A stretch of 64,000 bases of DNA from Octopus bimaculoides (Eukaryota), in contig NC_069006.1 of assembly GCF_001194135.2 (NCBI RefSeq), positions 17,783,036-17,847,035 on the forward strand, written 5' to 3'. The notes under the pieces were generated by a model. It was not told the DNA's origin, did no database searches, and saw only the letters and a program-made list of their open reading frames with translations. This document shows, one piece after another, positions 36,931-50,785 of this stretch (the first letter of the stretch is position 1; the number at the start of each line of letters is the position of its first letter). Position numbers and translations under genes: made by a program.

Positions 36931-39097
36931 AACCACAACAAATCTTATTAAAACAATATAGACCAGAATAACTTGGTACTTTCTGCCAGCTTCCTGGAAC
37001 TCTCTTCCTGCAGACATCAACATTTTTCTGTGCATTCATTTGCTTCTAATTAGAATACATTGGCCATAAGTGATAACGATGATTATCAGGATCTTTCTGG
37101 AATTAGCATCATAATTAGGATAATTAAGAGAAAAAAAAGTGATGGTGTCAGAGAGAGGAGGGGGAAGAAAAAATTAATAATCTGTTTGGTTTCTCTGCTG
37201 AGTTCTTCTCTTTATTTTAAAATTATTTTATGATTTAAATTATTTTTTTTATTAGTCTTATTTGTTAGCAGCATAAATGAGAGAGATGTAATTTTTTTAA
37301 ATATATATTTGACCATGTTATTTACTGGTCTAGAGAGATTGTTGTTTAGATTTAGGTCGGCCCTGACTGGAAAGACATAATATGATCAAACGCATTCTAA
37401 ATATGACCACCTCTCCTTTTCGGATGTTTCAAAGTGTAGAATTCTGTAGTGTATCCTCTTCCTTTTCAAGATGGTAGGCTGTGATTTGAGAGAGCTTCAG
37501 CTGTTATTTCTAGCAAGCCAAGCAACCATATAGTAGCTCCCTCACCGACAGGGTCAATAACTGTTGATCAACTCTATTTCAGCAGACTTATATTCAAAGG
37601 CAATCCAATTATGACCATCCTATCTTTTACAGATCATCCATTTCAGTTGAGATCAGAGGTTCTTGAGGTCCATATAAGATTTTACTGTTAAAAATTCATC
37701 TGCAGGAAACTAGCCAACTTCCAATGAGTGGAGGCCTTTGTAGTAGAGAGAGGGGAGACAGCATGTTCTGTGGGCCAGTGTCTGGAGTGTGTCTCTCAGT
37801 GTCTTTATGCTAATCAATCAGGTGCCCCTTTTCAAGACAGGGTCAAGGATGTCTGTGTGTATGAAGGTGTGTCACTTATTGCCTTAGGCTATTCAGCTCA
37901 CAATTGTGAGTTCAGTTTCAGGCAGCAGCTTGTGTCCCCTAGCAAAACATTTTATTTCACACTGCTCCAGCCCACTCAGCTGGCAAAAGGGAGTTCCAAG
38001 GCTCATCAAGACACACCTAAGTTTTTATTTTCAGCAAAGAGACAAACACCTTGTTAGCTCCTAACCCACCCAAACCAACATTGGAGCTTATTTCTTGCTT
38101 GACTTGCTTAAAATAGTAGCCAAATATCCCTCTAATATCTACCACTCTACTGTCTCAGTGAATGAAAGAACCATGCTGTGCTTGGGTTGCTAGAAATGGC
38201 AGCCAAATAACCACGTAGCATCTCTAAGAAAACACTAAAGGCAGGCTTAGATGCACCCACCATCCCCATTATAAAACCTCTCAAAAAAAAAAAAAAAGTT
38301 GGAATGCCTTTACTCCTGGGGTCTCGCCTTTATGCACTCAATGTGTATATGTGTATATATATATATATATACACACACACATATATACATACACACACAT
38401 TTGTGTGTTTGTAATAGTGTTGGATTGTTTACGCCCCTGTAACTTGGTGGTTCGACAAAAGAAACCGATAGAATAAGTACCAGACTTTGTAAAACAAAGT
38501 ATTGGTGGGGCTATGACCGCAGTCCAACGATCGAAACAAAAGATGAAAGCCGTATATACACATTGCATATACTGTTAACATGTTCATATTACTTCCGCCC
38601 GCCTCCTCCTCTCCGTCTATTTTAGTATGTTAAAAGGAATAAACAACTGTGATGGTGGCAGCGGTGGTGGTGGTGGTGACAATATTTGTCTGACTGCGTG
38701 TCCGGTTTTCATTTGATTCCATAATGAGATTGCTATATTATCATTTCTGGCTCTTTACATTGGAGATAATCTGTAATTAAATTTCTGTGGCGATGATGAA
38801 GTGCCAGTTTGGGGAAGGAGGGAGGGAGGGGTGGTAGGAGGCAATGTCAGTGAAGTAGTTGCTGTTGTTGTTGTTGTTAGTATTATTTTATTACTATTTC
38901 GCGGTTAAGTCAAAGGGTTAAAGATACTAAATGTCTGTTAGACGGCGTTTTAATGTTTCGCTTAGGCGTTGCGAAATTGATAACCTGATGTAGAACTCAA
39001 TATACGTATGTTTCAGAGCGAAGCGTTAGCCGGGTACAGAGTGGTAATAAGAAAGAGAAATGACAAAGGAATAAATGATTATCTTATGAACTTCATT

Positions 39098-39178
39098 GGC
39101 TTACGGTTGTTTCTGCTGTAAGATGCAGTGGACTCGATCTTGAGTGCCGGAATAACACCTTACAGCTTCATCGGAGCC
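39098..39178 (-). ncRNA. Minimal type I hammerhead ribozyme-like motif (core U4 changed to C)
   Basis: Minus strand reads ggct-CCGATGA-a-gctgtaaggtg...catcttacagc-a-GAAAC-aacc-GTA-agcc: 4-bp stem I, 11-bp stem II, minimal stem III. Confidence 0.5.
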
Positions 39179-39849
39179 TCTTTACCATCTCAAATGTAAA
39201 CGGTGTATATTTCATCGGATATCTTTTACTAGTTTCAGTCATTGGACTGTAGCCATGCTGGAGCAGCGCCTTGAAAGATTTCGTCCAGTATTTTTCAACC
39301 GTTTTTCTTTTTATACACATGTGAGCCCCTTTGGTTCCTAATTTGCTCTGGTAAAGCCTTCCCCAACTTCGCCATTTGATGTTTAAAAAATCCTATTATA
39401 TTTTTAAATATTAGGAAATGTATAAACATAGTTGTTAAAATACACTATATATTGTAGAAATATAGCCAATTTATTGCAGATAAATTTTAGCAATAAAATC
39501 TTAAATGGACCTCCAAGGGCCATATCGGCCCCAACTTAGAACCACTGGTTTAGTTGAACAAATCAACCCCAGAACTTTTTTCGTTAAGCCTGGTACTTAC
39601 TCTATTGCTCTGTTTTTTCCGAACTGCTAGGTTACAGAGACGTAAACAAACTAATGCCGGGTGTCAAGTGGTGGTGGGGGAAAATGCGCGCGCACACAGA
39701 CATCAGGTTTCTTTCGGTTTCCATCTACCAAATCCTCTTCTCAACAAGGCTTTAGTCGGCCTAGGGTTATAATAGAAAACACTTGTCCAAGGCACCATTT
39801 AGTGGGACTGAACCCAGAACTATGAGGTTGGGAAGCAAACATCCCCGTG

Positions 39850-40010
39850 TGTATATTAAACGATCTGTATATAATTGGTATATATACATATATTAACGAT
39901 CTGTATAAAAACGGTGTGTATATTAATGTTCTGTATATAAACGGATTATGTATCAATGATCTGTATATTAACGATCCGGACGTATATAAACGGCGTATAT
40001 ATTAACAATC

Positions 40011-40057
<47 letters not shown>

Positions 40058-40531
40058 TGTATATCAACTGTCTGTGTATATAGACTGTATACACATTTAG
40101 ACGTTGTATGATAATGACCTGGATACACTGTATATTAAAACGACTTGTGCTAAACGGGCTGTATATAAGCAGTGTATATTACTGTTGTGTACATACATTA
40201 TATATTAACGATGTATATCAATGAAATCTATGAACAGTGTGTATCAACGATGTTTATACTTGTATATATTATGCGTATAAACGATATAACCGGTGTATAT
40301 TAATAATGTCAGTAAGTGGTATATTGACGAGGTATATAAAACGGTGTATAGTAATGACGTGTATAAACGGTGTATATTTATGTCTACAATGATCTGTAAG
40401 AGCGGTGTATATTAAGTGCTTAAGCAGCTGTTATTAATCATGTATATAAATGGTATATATATATGAACGACATATATAACCGGTGTAGACAATGTGTAGA
40501 AACTGTCTATTAATAGTTTATGAAACGGTGT

Positions 40532-40573
<42 letters not shown>

Positions 40574-40725
40574 CGTATAAGTAGCGTACATCGACAATGT
40601 GTATAAGCTGTATACGTATATATACATATCAATGATGTGTGTATAAACGGCTTATATCAGCAATGTTAAAATCATCTTTGACACATTAATATCACCGTTT
40701 ATATATCGTTAATCAACGTGTGTGT

Positions 40726-40767
<42 letters not shown>

Positions 40768-40880
40768 ATGTTAGCGATATAGCTAACCGGTGCATGTATA
40801 GTAATGATATGTATAAATTATGTATATCAACAAACTGTATAAACGTTGTCATCTAACGATGTAAGCGATATGTATAAACG
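39850..40880. repeat. Degenerate minisatellite of about 30 bp (gtatatattaacgatctgtatataaacgg)
   Basis: Many imperfect copies of the aacgatctgtata and ataaacggtgtata blocks, interleaved with (TA)n. Confidence 0.8.
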
Positions 40881-42328
40881 GCCGTGTGGTTAATTAGCTC
40901 GCTCGACAATCATGTTTCGGGGGTTCGATCCTAGTGCNNNNNNNNNNNNNNNNNNNNNNNNNNNNNNNNNNNNNNNNNNNNNNNNNNNNNNNNNNNNNNN
41001 NNNNNNNNNNNNNNNNNNNNNNNNNNNNNNNNNNNNNNNNNNNNNNNNNNNNNNNNNNNNNNNNNNNNNNNNNNNNNNNNNNNNNNNNNNNNNNNNNNNN
41101 NNNNNNNNNNNNNNNNNNNNNNNNNNNNNNNNNNNNNNNNNNNNNNNNNNNNNNNNNNNNNNNNNNNNNNNNNNNNNNNNNNNNNNNNNNNNNNNNNNNN
41201 NNNNNNNNNNNNNNNNNNNNNNNNNNNNNNNNNNNNNNNNNNNNNNNNNNNNNNNNNNNNNNNNNNNNNNNNNNNNNNNNNNNNNNNNNNNNNNNNNNNN
41301 NNNNNNNNNNNNNNNNNNNNNNNNNNNNNNNNNNNNNNNNNNNNNNNNNNNNNNNNNNNNNNNNNNNNNNNNNNNNNNNNNNNNNNNNNNNNNNNNNNNN
41401 NNNNNNNNNNNNNNNNNNNNNNNNNNNNNNNNNNNNNNNNNNNNNNNNNNNNNNNNNNNNNNNNNNNNNNNNNNNNNNNNNNNNNNNNNNNNNNNNNNNN
41501 NNTATTGCCAGAAACAACAGCTAAGTTTCTTTTTCTAAAATTTTACATAGTTCAACCGACACACCTGAATGTGTGATGAACAAAAGAATTTTGAAAACAG
41601 TAGGTATAAAACTAATTTCTAAACACCAAATGGCTATGGGGGTTTCACTAGAATAAAATTGTAACTAAAGGGGTCCATAGATAAAAAAAAAAAAAAAGTT
41701 AAGCACTGGTTACATGTGGCAGACACAGTTTGGTGATTTAGCTCCAGGTCAGCTCTGGCCGAACAGACGAATGCTCCACCTGTGATCATCCTCTCACTCA
41801 CTTTTGTAATGCATGACCACGTTTATGTGTTATGTCTTAGCTTTTTAAAGACGTCAGAGCTTGATAGGAATGAGATTTCGTTGCTACTCCTAGCAGGTCG
41901 CGGTCTAGTTCCAAATAGATTTTTATCACATCCTGTTAGGCTAATACTACATATCTGCGACGCGTTAGTAGTGAGAGACTCGGGATCGATCCCCAGCACA
42001 GGTCACTTCTACTGCTGCAACTATTCCTAGATTAAACGCCATACCTTTTAAATCTGATCCGTTTTTGAGATCTAATCTGTGATTGAGATGGAATAGATCC
42101 CCTTTTTGTCTTTTCAGTCATTGGATTTGCGGCTATGCTGGGCACTCTGCTTTCAAGGGTTTAATCGAATTAATCGATCCCAGTACCTTTTTGTTTGTTG
42201 TTGTTCTAAGCCTGGTACTTATTCTATCAGTTTCTTTCGCCGAACCGCTAGATGACGGGGGTCACAAACCAGCCAACACCGGTTGTCAAGCGTTGGTGAG
42301 GGACAAACATGCGGTCACACTCACACAC

Positions 42329-42369
<41 letters not shown>

Positions 42370-44575
42370 ACTATGGGCTTCCAAATTCACTCACAAGACT
42401 TTGGTTAGCCCGGAGCGATAGGGAAAGGCACTGGCCCAAGGTACCATGCAGTGGGACTGAACCCGGAATCATGATTGAAAAGTAGAGTTCTTACCACACA
42501 GCCACATACACGCACGCCCTCACATACTCGTTTTTCCCGCCTCCAACACAAACTAGAACACAATGGTAAGGCGCCGAGAGGGACACAGACATGATTGTGT
42601 TCGCAATCACNNNNNNNNNNNNNNNNNNNNNNNNNNNNNNNNNNNNNNNNNTATTTAACATGTTCACAAACTAAAAAGAAAAAGAAACCTTTATTCCATC
42701 TCCATTGTCGCTCGGTCTGCTAGAAATAGCAGCCAAATCTCCCTCATTGCCAAACCAGCCTCCTGTCTGTCTGTAGTCTCCTGTTATACAACTACTGGTT
42801 TCTTTAATAGTAGCAATTAATGATGGATCTTGTTAAATTTCTTCCAACCACTCGAAGTGTTTTAAATTTTTCACCAGATTTTTTTTTCTTCCAAATTTTC
42901 TATAAATTACATAACTTTAAAAATGCTTGTAACTTCTTCGTTATTTATTTCTGAAGGAAAAAAAAAAAAAAAAAAGTAATGCAATTTTCGACATCAAAAC
43001 TATATTTTTTAAAAAAATAATCTAGTGAAAATTTGAAACACTTTGAAGTGATTAGACGAAATTTATCAAGATCCTCTGTGATGATGTCTGTATTTACTGC
43101 TCTCGTTACACCAACACACACACACACATGCTCGCACGCGCGCCTGAGAAAGGAAAAAGTGTGTGGTGGGGAGGGGTGTCGATGTAATGTTTTTTTTCCT
43201 CTATTGTTTCCGTTGTGCGATCTCGCAACCACCACTATTAAACAATCGGAATGTTGAGATGATGCTTTCTTCCTAAGCACCTCATACCGCCATCTCTCAA
43301 AATACACACACACACACACACATATAAGTTACTGCTACTGCCATCTCCCCCTCCCCCTCCTCGTTGACACCTTCGAGTCACCTGACCGTATGTTATCGAG
43401 AAAGGTAGGGAACCGACAAGGCTTCCTCAGTTGTCTCCCCTGTTTCTTTCCCTTTTTACTCAACCGGTGTAGTTTCCATGACATTTCTCCTTCCCTCTCT
43501 CTCTCTCTCTCTCTCTTTCGTCACTCTCTCTTTCACTCTCTCGCTCTAGTGACAATCTCGTGTAGAATGAACGAAAGTTATCTTTTTTATTTTTTGGTAA
43601 TCCTTCGGTATTGGTACATGATGTCATTCATTCACCAAAACAACCTTTTCCTCATGGCATAAATAAAGTGAGACTCGGTTGAAAAAGAGGGTGAATGACG
43701 ACGTCTCCTCATACCGACACTCTGGAGACCAATTCCGAAGGATCGATTATTTTTTAAAGCCTGGTACTTTTACCAAACCGCTGTTACGGAGATGTAAACA
43801 AACCAACGGTGGGACAAATACAAAAACACACGTTTATGTATACGACGAGCTTCTTTCAGTTTCCCTCTTCCAAATCCACTCACAAGCCTTTGCTAACATT
43901 CTTTGATAGCTGTAAGGGCTTTTCTATTCCTCTGGCAGAACTCTAACATTGCAGTGTTTACAGGATAAAGGAACCATGCAGTGATGTGTAATTCACATGC
44001 ACTCATGCACAAACATGCATAGACATATATATGAAATGTGTTTGTGTGAGGCAGGCTTCTGTACAGTTTCCATCTATGAAATCCACCTGTGAAGCATTGG
44101 TCAGTCTGAGGCTACAGTAGCAGACACTTGGCTAAGAGGACAAGCAGTGGGATAGAACCCCAAGCCACTTGGTTATCAAGTGAACTCTGTATCCATTCAG
44201 CCATGCTGTATTTTGTGGGTGTAGACATACATACACACATAGAGGCACGCATATATGCAATTGACTACCTTACTTATTTCTCTATCTGTATCTGTCTAGC
44301 TGTGTAACTATATATATCTAACCATCTGTCTTTCTATCTATCTATACATCCCTTTTACACCACAATATAACCAAATAGTCCTCCCAAACCCCAGCTATTC
44401 AGTTTCTCACTCTTGAAGGAATCTCGATACAACAAGGTATATATCTATTTGCATGGAAGGAGTGGCTGCTCCCATTGACTGATAGCAATGACAACCACAA
44501 CAGCAACAACATCAATAAATCACTATTATATCTTATCTTCAAAATAGTTTAGCTCTCACCCTAGTTTTTGATATG

Positions 44576-44608
<33 letters not shown>

Positions 44609-45960
44609 ATGGATGGAGGTTAGTCTGTTCATATGATAATAATAAGGTTACTTACTGAACAGTAATGATAGGGTTTGATAATTGGGTATTGTTTTTAAAT
44701 TTGCTGCTGTTCCACTATGATGTATACAACAGTGCTGTTTGTTAGCTCTATAGCCACATCAGCTGTGCTGCAGATTCAGCTGGTTGCTATGAAGTTAGTT
44801 TAACCCTAACCTTATATAATGTAGTAAGGGTACACGATCAATTGTTGATTCACCATAATACACACAACCATATTGTTTGTTTGTTATTCATAGTCAAATT
44901 AGCTGTTTTGTTGACCCAGCTGGCTGCTTTGATCTTAAATCTACCCCAATTATATAGCTTTATGTAATGTTGTAAGGGTGCACAATATGTTGCTGTCATA
45001 CCCTGGTATACACCACTCTACTGTTTGTAAGCTGCTGATGTAAGCATATTAACTGCTCTGCAGACCCAGCCGACTAGGATCTTAGTGAAACCATAGCCCT
45101 TATCCAAGTAAGAGTAACTAAGTAAAATCCCTACCTGGCAACCCGAGGGGTGGAGGCTGTCCTCCCAACCAATTCACTGCTGTGGGTGCCACTGGATGAC
45201 AGACTTTGGCGATGATGTTATTCCATGCTTTCCAATCCATGTAGTAAATTGTTGATGTTGTTGTTTAGATTGGGTCAACCCTGATTGAGCAGATTTTATG
45301 GTCAAAAGCATTCCAATTGTGACCATCTCCTTAACCCTTTTGATATCACCCTGCCTGAGACCGCTGTTGATTCTCTGACTCAAGCTTTCCGTTTTCAAGT
45401 GATCCAAATTAAAATCTTCTATCAAAATTTTCATGTTAATTTATATACCAAACACCACCAACGTAATAATGACAAAAGTTACCTTTACTAAATTCTTCAA
45501 CATTTTCAGAAACAAAGGAAATGTATTTCAACAAGAATATGATAACAAAAGGGTCAAAGAGTATCTTGGACTACCAGATGCCATGTGTATACTTGCCCAT
45601 TATTCATTTTGTCATAAAATAAAAAGTTTTAGGTTTTCGTTAATAAAAGTTTATAGGTTGATTGTTATACTTATTGACAGCATTTTACATATATTTACAA
45701 TTCAAAATGGCCTTTGCTTTTACTGTAGTCTTTGATCTTTTCTCGACTTAAGTGCATGACTCAAGTGTAAATAATGGGTAAATGTATATGCCATACCCAG
45801 GACATTATGCAATGTGTTGGTTCTCTGTTTTTATTGACTGACACTGCATTGAAAATCAAACTAAAACATTATTTGTGTACTTCACTTGCAAAGTTAAAAA
45901 TTATTGGGGCACTTTGCATGGGGAATTAAAAAAATATACTTCTTTATTGATTACTCTTTA

Positions 45961-46273
45961 CTCTTTTACTTGTTTCAGTCATTTGACTGTGGCCATGCTG
46001 GAGCACCGCCTTTAGTCGAGCAAATCAACCCCAGGACTTATTGTTTGTAAGCCTAGTACTTATTCTATCGGTCTCTTTTGCCAAACCGCTAAGTTACGAG
46101 GACGTAAACACACCACCATCGGTTGTCAAGCGATGTTGGGGGGACAAAGACAGACACACATACATACATATATATATATATATATACATATATACGACAG
46201 GCTTCTTTCAGTTTCCGTCTACCAAATCCACTCACAAGGCTTTGGTCAGCCCGAGGCTATAGTAGAAGACACT
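45961..46273 (-). mobile_element. SINE family A, young copy running into a gap
   Basis: Near-identical to 4024-4445. Confidence 0.9.
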
Positions 46274-46380
46274 NNNNNNNNNNNNNNNNNNNNNNNNNNN
46301 NNNNNNNNNNNNNNNNNNNNNNNNNNNNNNNNNNNNNNNNNNNNNNNNNNNNNNNNNNNNNNNNNNNNNNNNNNNNNNNN

Positions 46381-46438
<58 letters not shown>

Positions 46439-47330
46439 GGCGTGTGGTTAGAAGCTTCTTTCTCAACCACATCATTTCTGGTTCAGTCCTGCTGTGTAGT
46501 GTCGTCTACTATATGTTTGTCCCCACCACCACTTGACCACATATCGGTTTGTTTATGTTCCTGTAACTTAGCAGCTCTGTAGAGAGACTGATAGGATAAG
46601 TACCAGTCTTAGAAAAAAAAAAGGTACTGGAGTTAATTTTGAGGGAATGCCCCAGTATGGTCACACTCCAGTGATTGAAACAAGTAAAAGATGACGCGTC
46701 TTGTTTTTGTTTTAAAACAGTAGAACATGATTTGAAGAGTTGGCTGCTATTTCCGGTTAGTTGTGTAACCACATAGAGAAATCCCCAGTTTTGGAGGTTT
46801 TGTTGTTTAACCCTGGAGCAACTCTGATGCAGTAGTTGTATACCTAACATTATTCCACCCATGACCATCTCCTCTGTTTTGCTTAAGTTAGTTGGAGGAA
46901 CTACATTATCTCCTGTAACCTTCGTCTTTCTTTTCAGCTAGTACGATATGATCTGAGGGAAATATCCATCTATCTGGCTACTATGTCTAGCAGACTGAGC
47001 GACCATGTTGAAGCTCCACTTTGCCAGGTCCATCATCAACAGTAGCTGACCTAAACTCTCTTCACATTTTCCCCTCTTTTGCTTTACTAATTCTAGACAG
47101 ATAAGATTTATCTGTTTGTGTATGAGGAGGAGGAAGAGAAGGAGAGCGAGAGAGAGAGAGAGAGAGAGGGGGGGGATGGGTAGTGGATGGAACCAGTGTG
47201 CATGAGAAGCCAGGAGTTTGCCAACATTTCTGCGGAGCTGTCTTGATATTCATGTTCTGCTACTCTCATCAGCTTCTGATTTACTAACACATTTCTTCCT
47301 TTCACCTTGTTCAACCTCGTTCTTTGTTAC

Positions 47331-47366
<36 letters not shown>

Positions 47367-47722
47367 TATCGTTGTCGTTGTTCAGTAAACTGAAGAAACA
47401 TTCTGATCTATTCAATACTCAACCTTTTGTTATAACTGTTGTTTGCTCATTCAGTATGGGTGTATATGTATGTGAAATAAATAATTCTTTTCTTTTTTTC
47501 AAATGTCACCNNNNNNNNNNNNNNNNNNNNNNNNNNNNNNNNNNNNNNNNNNNNNNNNNNNNNNNNNNNNNNNNNNNNNNNNNNNNNNNNNNNNNNNNNN
47601 NNNNNNNNNNNNNNNNNNNNNNNNNNNNNNNNNNNNNNNNNNNNNNNNNNNNNNNNNNNNNNNNNNNNNNNNNNNNNNNNNNNNNNNNNNNNNNNNNNNN
47701 NNNNNNNNNNNNNNNNNNNNNN

Positions 47723-47766
<44 letters not shown>

Positions 47767-47851
47767 TATGTATATATACATGCACACGTATATTCATGTT
47801 CGTGTATAAATATACGTGTGTGTGTCTGCGTATGTATGGCTGTTTTATTAA

Positions 47852-48057
47852 CCCTTTAACATTCAGATTACTCTGTCAAATGGATTGCCTATTTATTCAT
47901 TGTTTTGAATTAACCATGTATTATCCTGCCTGTAGCTTTGAGATTTCAATGTGACTCTATAGTTTTAGAATGATAGTGGAGGGTTAGTGTGAGAGGTTGG
48001 ATCTGGCTAGTTTTACACGTATTTGGGTTGGATACGGCCAGTTTGAATGCTAAAGGT
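47852..48057. mobile_element. piggyBac-like MITE
   Basis: TTAA-ccctttaacatt ... aatgctaaaggt-TTAA (TTAA at 47848-47851 and 48058-48061). Partial relatives near 12354-12520, 21383-21570 and 48760-48910. Confidence 0.65.
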
Positions 48058-49012
48058 TTAAAACAAGTTTAAACTCATCATTAATATTTTGAGTATTTTA
48101 GTTAAATTTGCCGTACCATATTCCCTGAACTGATAACAGGATGTGTGTGTGTGTGTGCCTCGCAACCACATGATTCTGGGTTCTGTACCACTGCATGGCA
48201 CCTTAGGCAAGTGTCTTCTGCTAAACCTCCCATCCATACAAAGCCTTGGGAGTGGATTTGGTGGAGGGAAACTGAAAGAAGCCCATATGTATTTCTGTTT
48301 TACTGTGTCTTCACCTCAACATCACATAATAGTTGCAAACAAATGTCCCTACCATTCAAGCAGTGTCCTTTGTTCTCAATCTTCCATGGATAACATGTCT
48401 GGTCATGATGGTTATGAGGAAAAAATTACTTTACTTGGAAACAAAGTGAGGGTTGGTGACAGAACAGCCATCCAGCTGTAGAAAATCTTCCTCAATAAAA
48501 TTTCATCCGAACCACCCAATCATAGAGAAGGGGGCATAAAGACAATAATGATGGTGATGTTTTCTGTTGTTTACATGCATCACCTTTGTTTCAATCAGTT
48601 TAGAAAATTACATAAAAAATGAATAACTGTCATTATGAAGCTGGTGATGAGAACATAGATTAATGTCAAATTTTCATGGAAGGTTTTAATTTACGTCACC
48701 TAAAACAGTAAGTTTGTGTCATAGAACCAGGGGTCGTTTTAGGTGTGTTAAACATTTAGCATTTAAACCAGTCAGATCCATCGTATCGCACATACCCTTC
48801 AATGCCATTCTAAAAATATATAATCACATCACCACATTTCAAAGCTCTGAAGTAATGCATGATTAATTAAAAACGGTATGAATGAAAAGTGTTACATTTG
48901 ACAGACTAGAACTGGTACTCCGTTGATTACGACAAGAGTTCCAAGTGATCTGATCAGTAGAACAGCCTGCACGTGAAATTAATGTACAAGTGTGGCTGAG
49001 TACTGCACAGAC

Positions 49013-49247
49013 AAGGCGATGAGCTGGCAGAATCGTTAGCACGCCTGGCGAAATACTTCGCGGTATTTCGTCTGCCGCTACGTTTTGAGTTCAAATTCTG
49101 CCGAGGTCGACTTTGCCTTTCATCCTTTTGGGGTCGATTAGATAAGTACTAGTTATGCACTGGGGTCGATATAATCGACTTAATCCGTTTGTCTGTCCTT
49201 GTTTGTCCCCTCTGTGTGTAGCCCCTTGTGGGCAGTAAAGAAATAAG
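49013..49247 (+). mobile_element. SINE family B, young copy nested in a family C SINE (host about 48905-49420, minus strand)
   Basis: Intact CpGs. The host sequence resumes on both sides (tactgcacagaca | tgcgtacac). Confidence 0.85.
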
Positions 49248-49689
49248 ACATGCGTACACTTAACATAGTTGTCAAGGAGATTCAGTGCAACACAATGGGA
49301 CAAGGTTGGCCCTTTGAATTTGCAGCTGAGTGGACTGGAGCCACATGAAACGAAGGACGCAATGTGCTGCTGGGTATTGAACTCACCATCTTACGAATGT
49401 GAGCTGAATAAGCTAACCACTAAATAATTTGAATGTGAAAGAGTTAAATATGTCAGATGAAAGTGCTTCAAGAACTTTTACCTAATGCAGGCCAATGCTC
49501 CCCTCACCCTGCCTCTCATTGTGCCATATAATTGTTTCAAAATTTAGCACAAGGCTAGCAGTTACAGGGTTAGTGTAAGCGATTACTTGACTGGTTGTTT
49601 CCTTATTTCATCAGCCCTGAAAGGATGGAAAGCAAAGTAGACTCCAGTGGAATTTGAACTCAAAATCTAAATAGCTAGAAGAAATGCCA

Positions 49690-49902
49690 CTCTTTTACTT
49701 GTTTCAGTCATTTGACTGCAGCCATGCTGGAGCACCGCCTTTAGTCGAGCAAATCGACCCCAGGACTTATTCTTTGTAAGTCTAGTACTTATTCTATCGG
49801 GCTCTTTTGCCGAACCGCAAAGTTACGGGGATCTAAACACACCACCATCGGTTGTCAAGCGATGTTGGGGGGACAAACACAGACACACAAACATATACAC
49901 AG

Positions 49903-49940
<38 letters not shown>

Positions 49941-50063
49941 GACAGGCTTCTTTCAGTTTCCGTCTACCAAATCCACTCACAAGGCTTTGGTCGGCCCGAG
50001 GCTATAGTAGAAGACACTTACCCAAGGTACCACGCAGTGGGAAAGAACCCGGAACCATGTGTT
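49690..50063 (-). mobile_element. SINE family A, young 5'-truncated copy
   Basis: Near-identical to 4024-4445. Confidence 0.9.
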
Positions 50064-50752
50064 TGAAGCACTTTTTTTTTTCCGCGCGTAAAAAATGCAC
50101 TTGTTCCAGTGCCATGTGCCAGTGCCACAAACATGCACCCATACCAGTTGAAAATAGAAAGCCCTTGGCACACTTCGTAAAGTGGTTGGTGTGAGGAAGA
50201 GCATCCAGCTGTGGAAACCATGCCAACACAGACAAACGGAGCCTGGGCAGCTCCCCAGCCTTGCCAGCTCCTGTCAAACTGTCCAACCCATGCCAGCATG
50301 GAAAATGGATATTAAACGATGAAGATGATGATTTTGGTTCTACCGGCTCCACCTCCTCGATTGTACTGTATAATAAAGAAGCTCCATGTTTCTTTCTTCT
50401 TCACTCTGACATGGAGGCCATCATCTCCTATTTGTGCAACATGGATGGCTTGGTGTTCTCTCTCCTCTTACAGTCTCTTTCCGCCAACTCCACTATCTCA
50501 CTCAGCACATAATGATGAGTGGCAGTGTCACAATAACCATCCATATATTTTTGACAGTATGTTGTTTCCTGATGTGACACTAGCCATGTAATTTCAAGAT
50601 CAACCCCACCCCCTTCTCTCCCTCTCTCTCTCACACACTGTGCCACACTATATATAAAAATCAATTACAACAGTTGCTCCACTGCTCTTCCTCCTGTCTC
50701 TAAGATTACAATTGATTTTTTTTTTTTTGGTTCTTTCTTTCTTTCAGCTGTT

Positions 50753-50785
<33 letters not shown>

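Noticed and set aside
38974-39035. CTGATG...GAAGC hammerhead-like spacing
   Set aside because: Two core positions are wrong and there is no convincing stem II.
45509-45600. Possible exon after ttttcag (NKGNVFQQEYDNKRVKEYLG...)
   Set aside because: No good donor and no recognised homology. More likely an AT-rich TE remnant.
46938-47027. Strong acceptor plus a 90-nt open frame (LVRYDLREISIY...)
   Set aside because: The sequence belongs to the retroposon tail family and the donor (gtccat) is poor.
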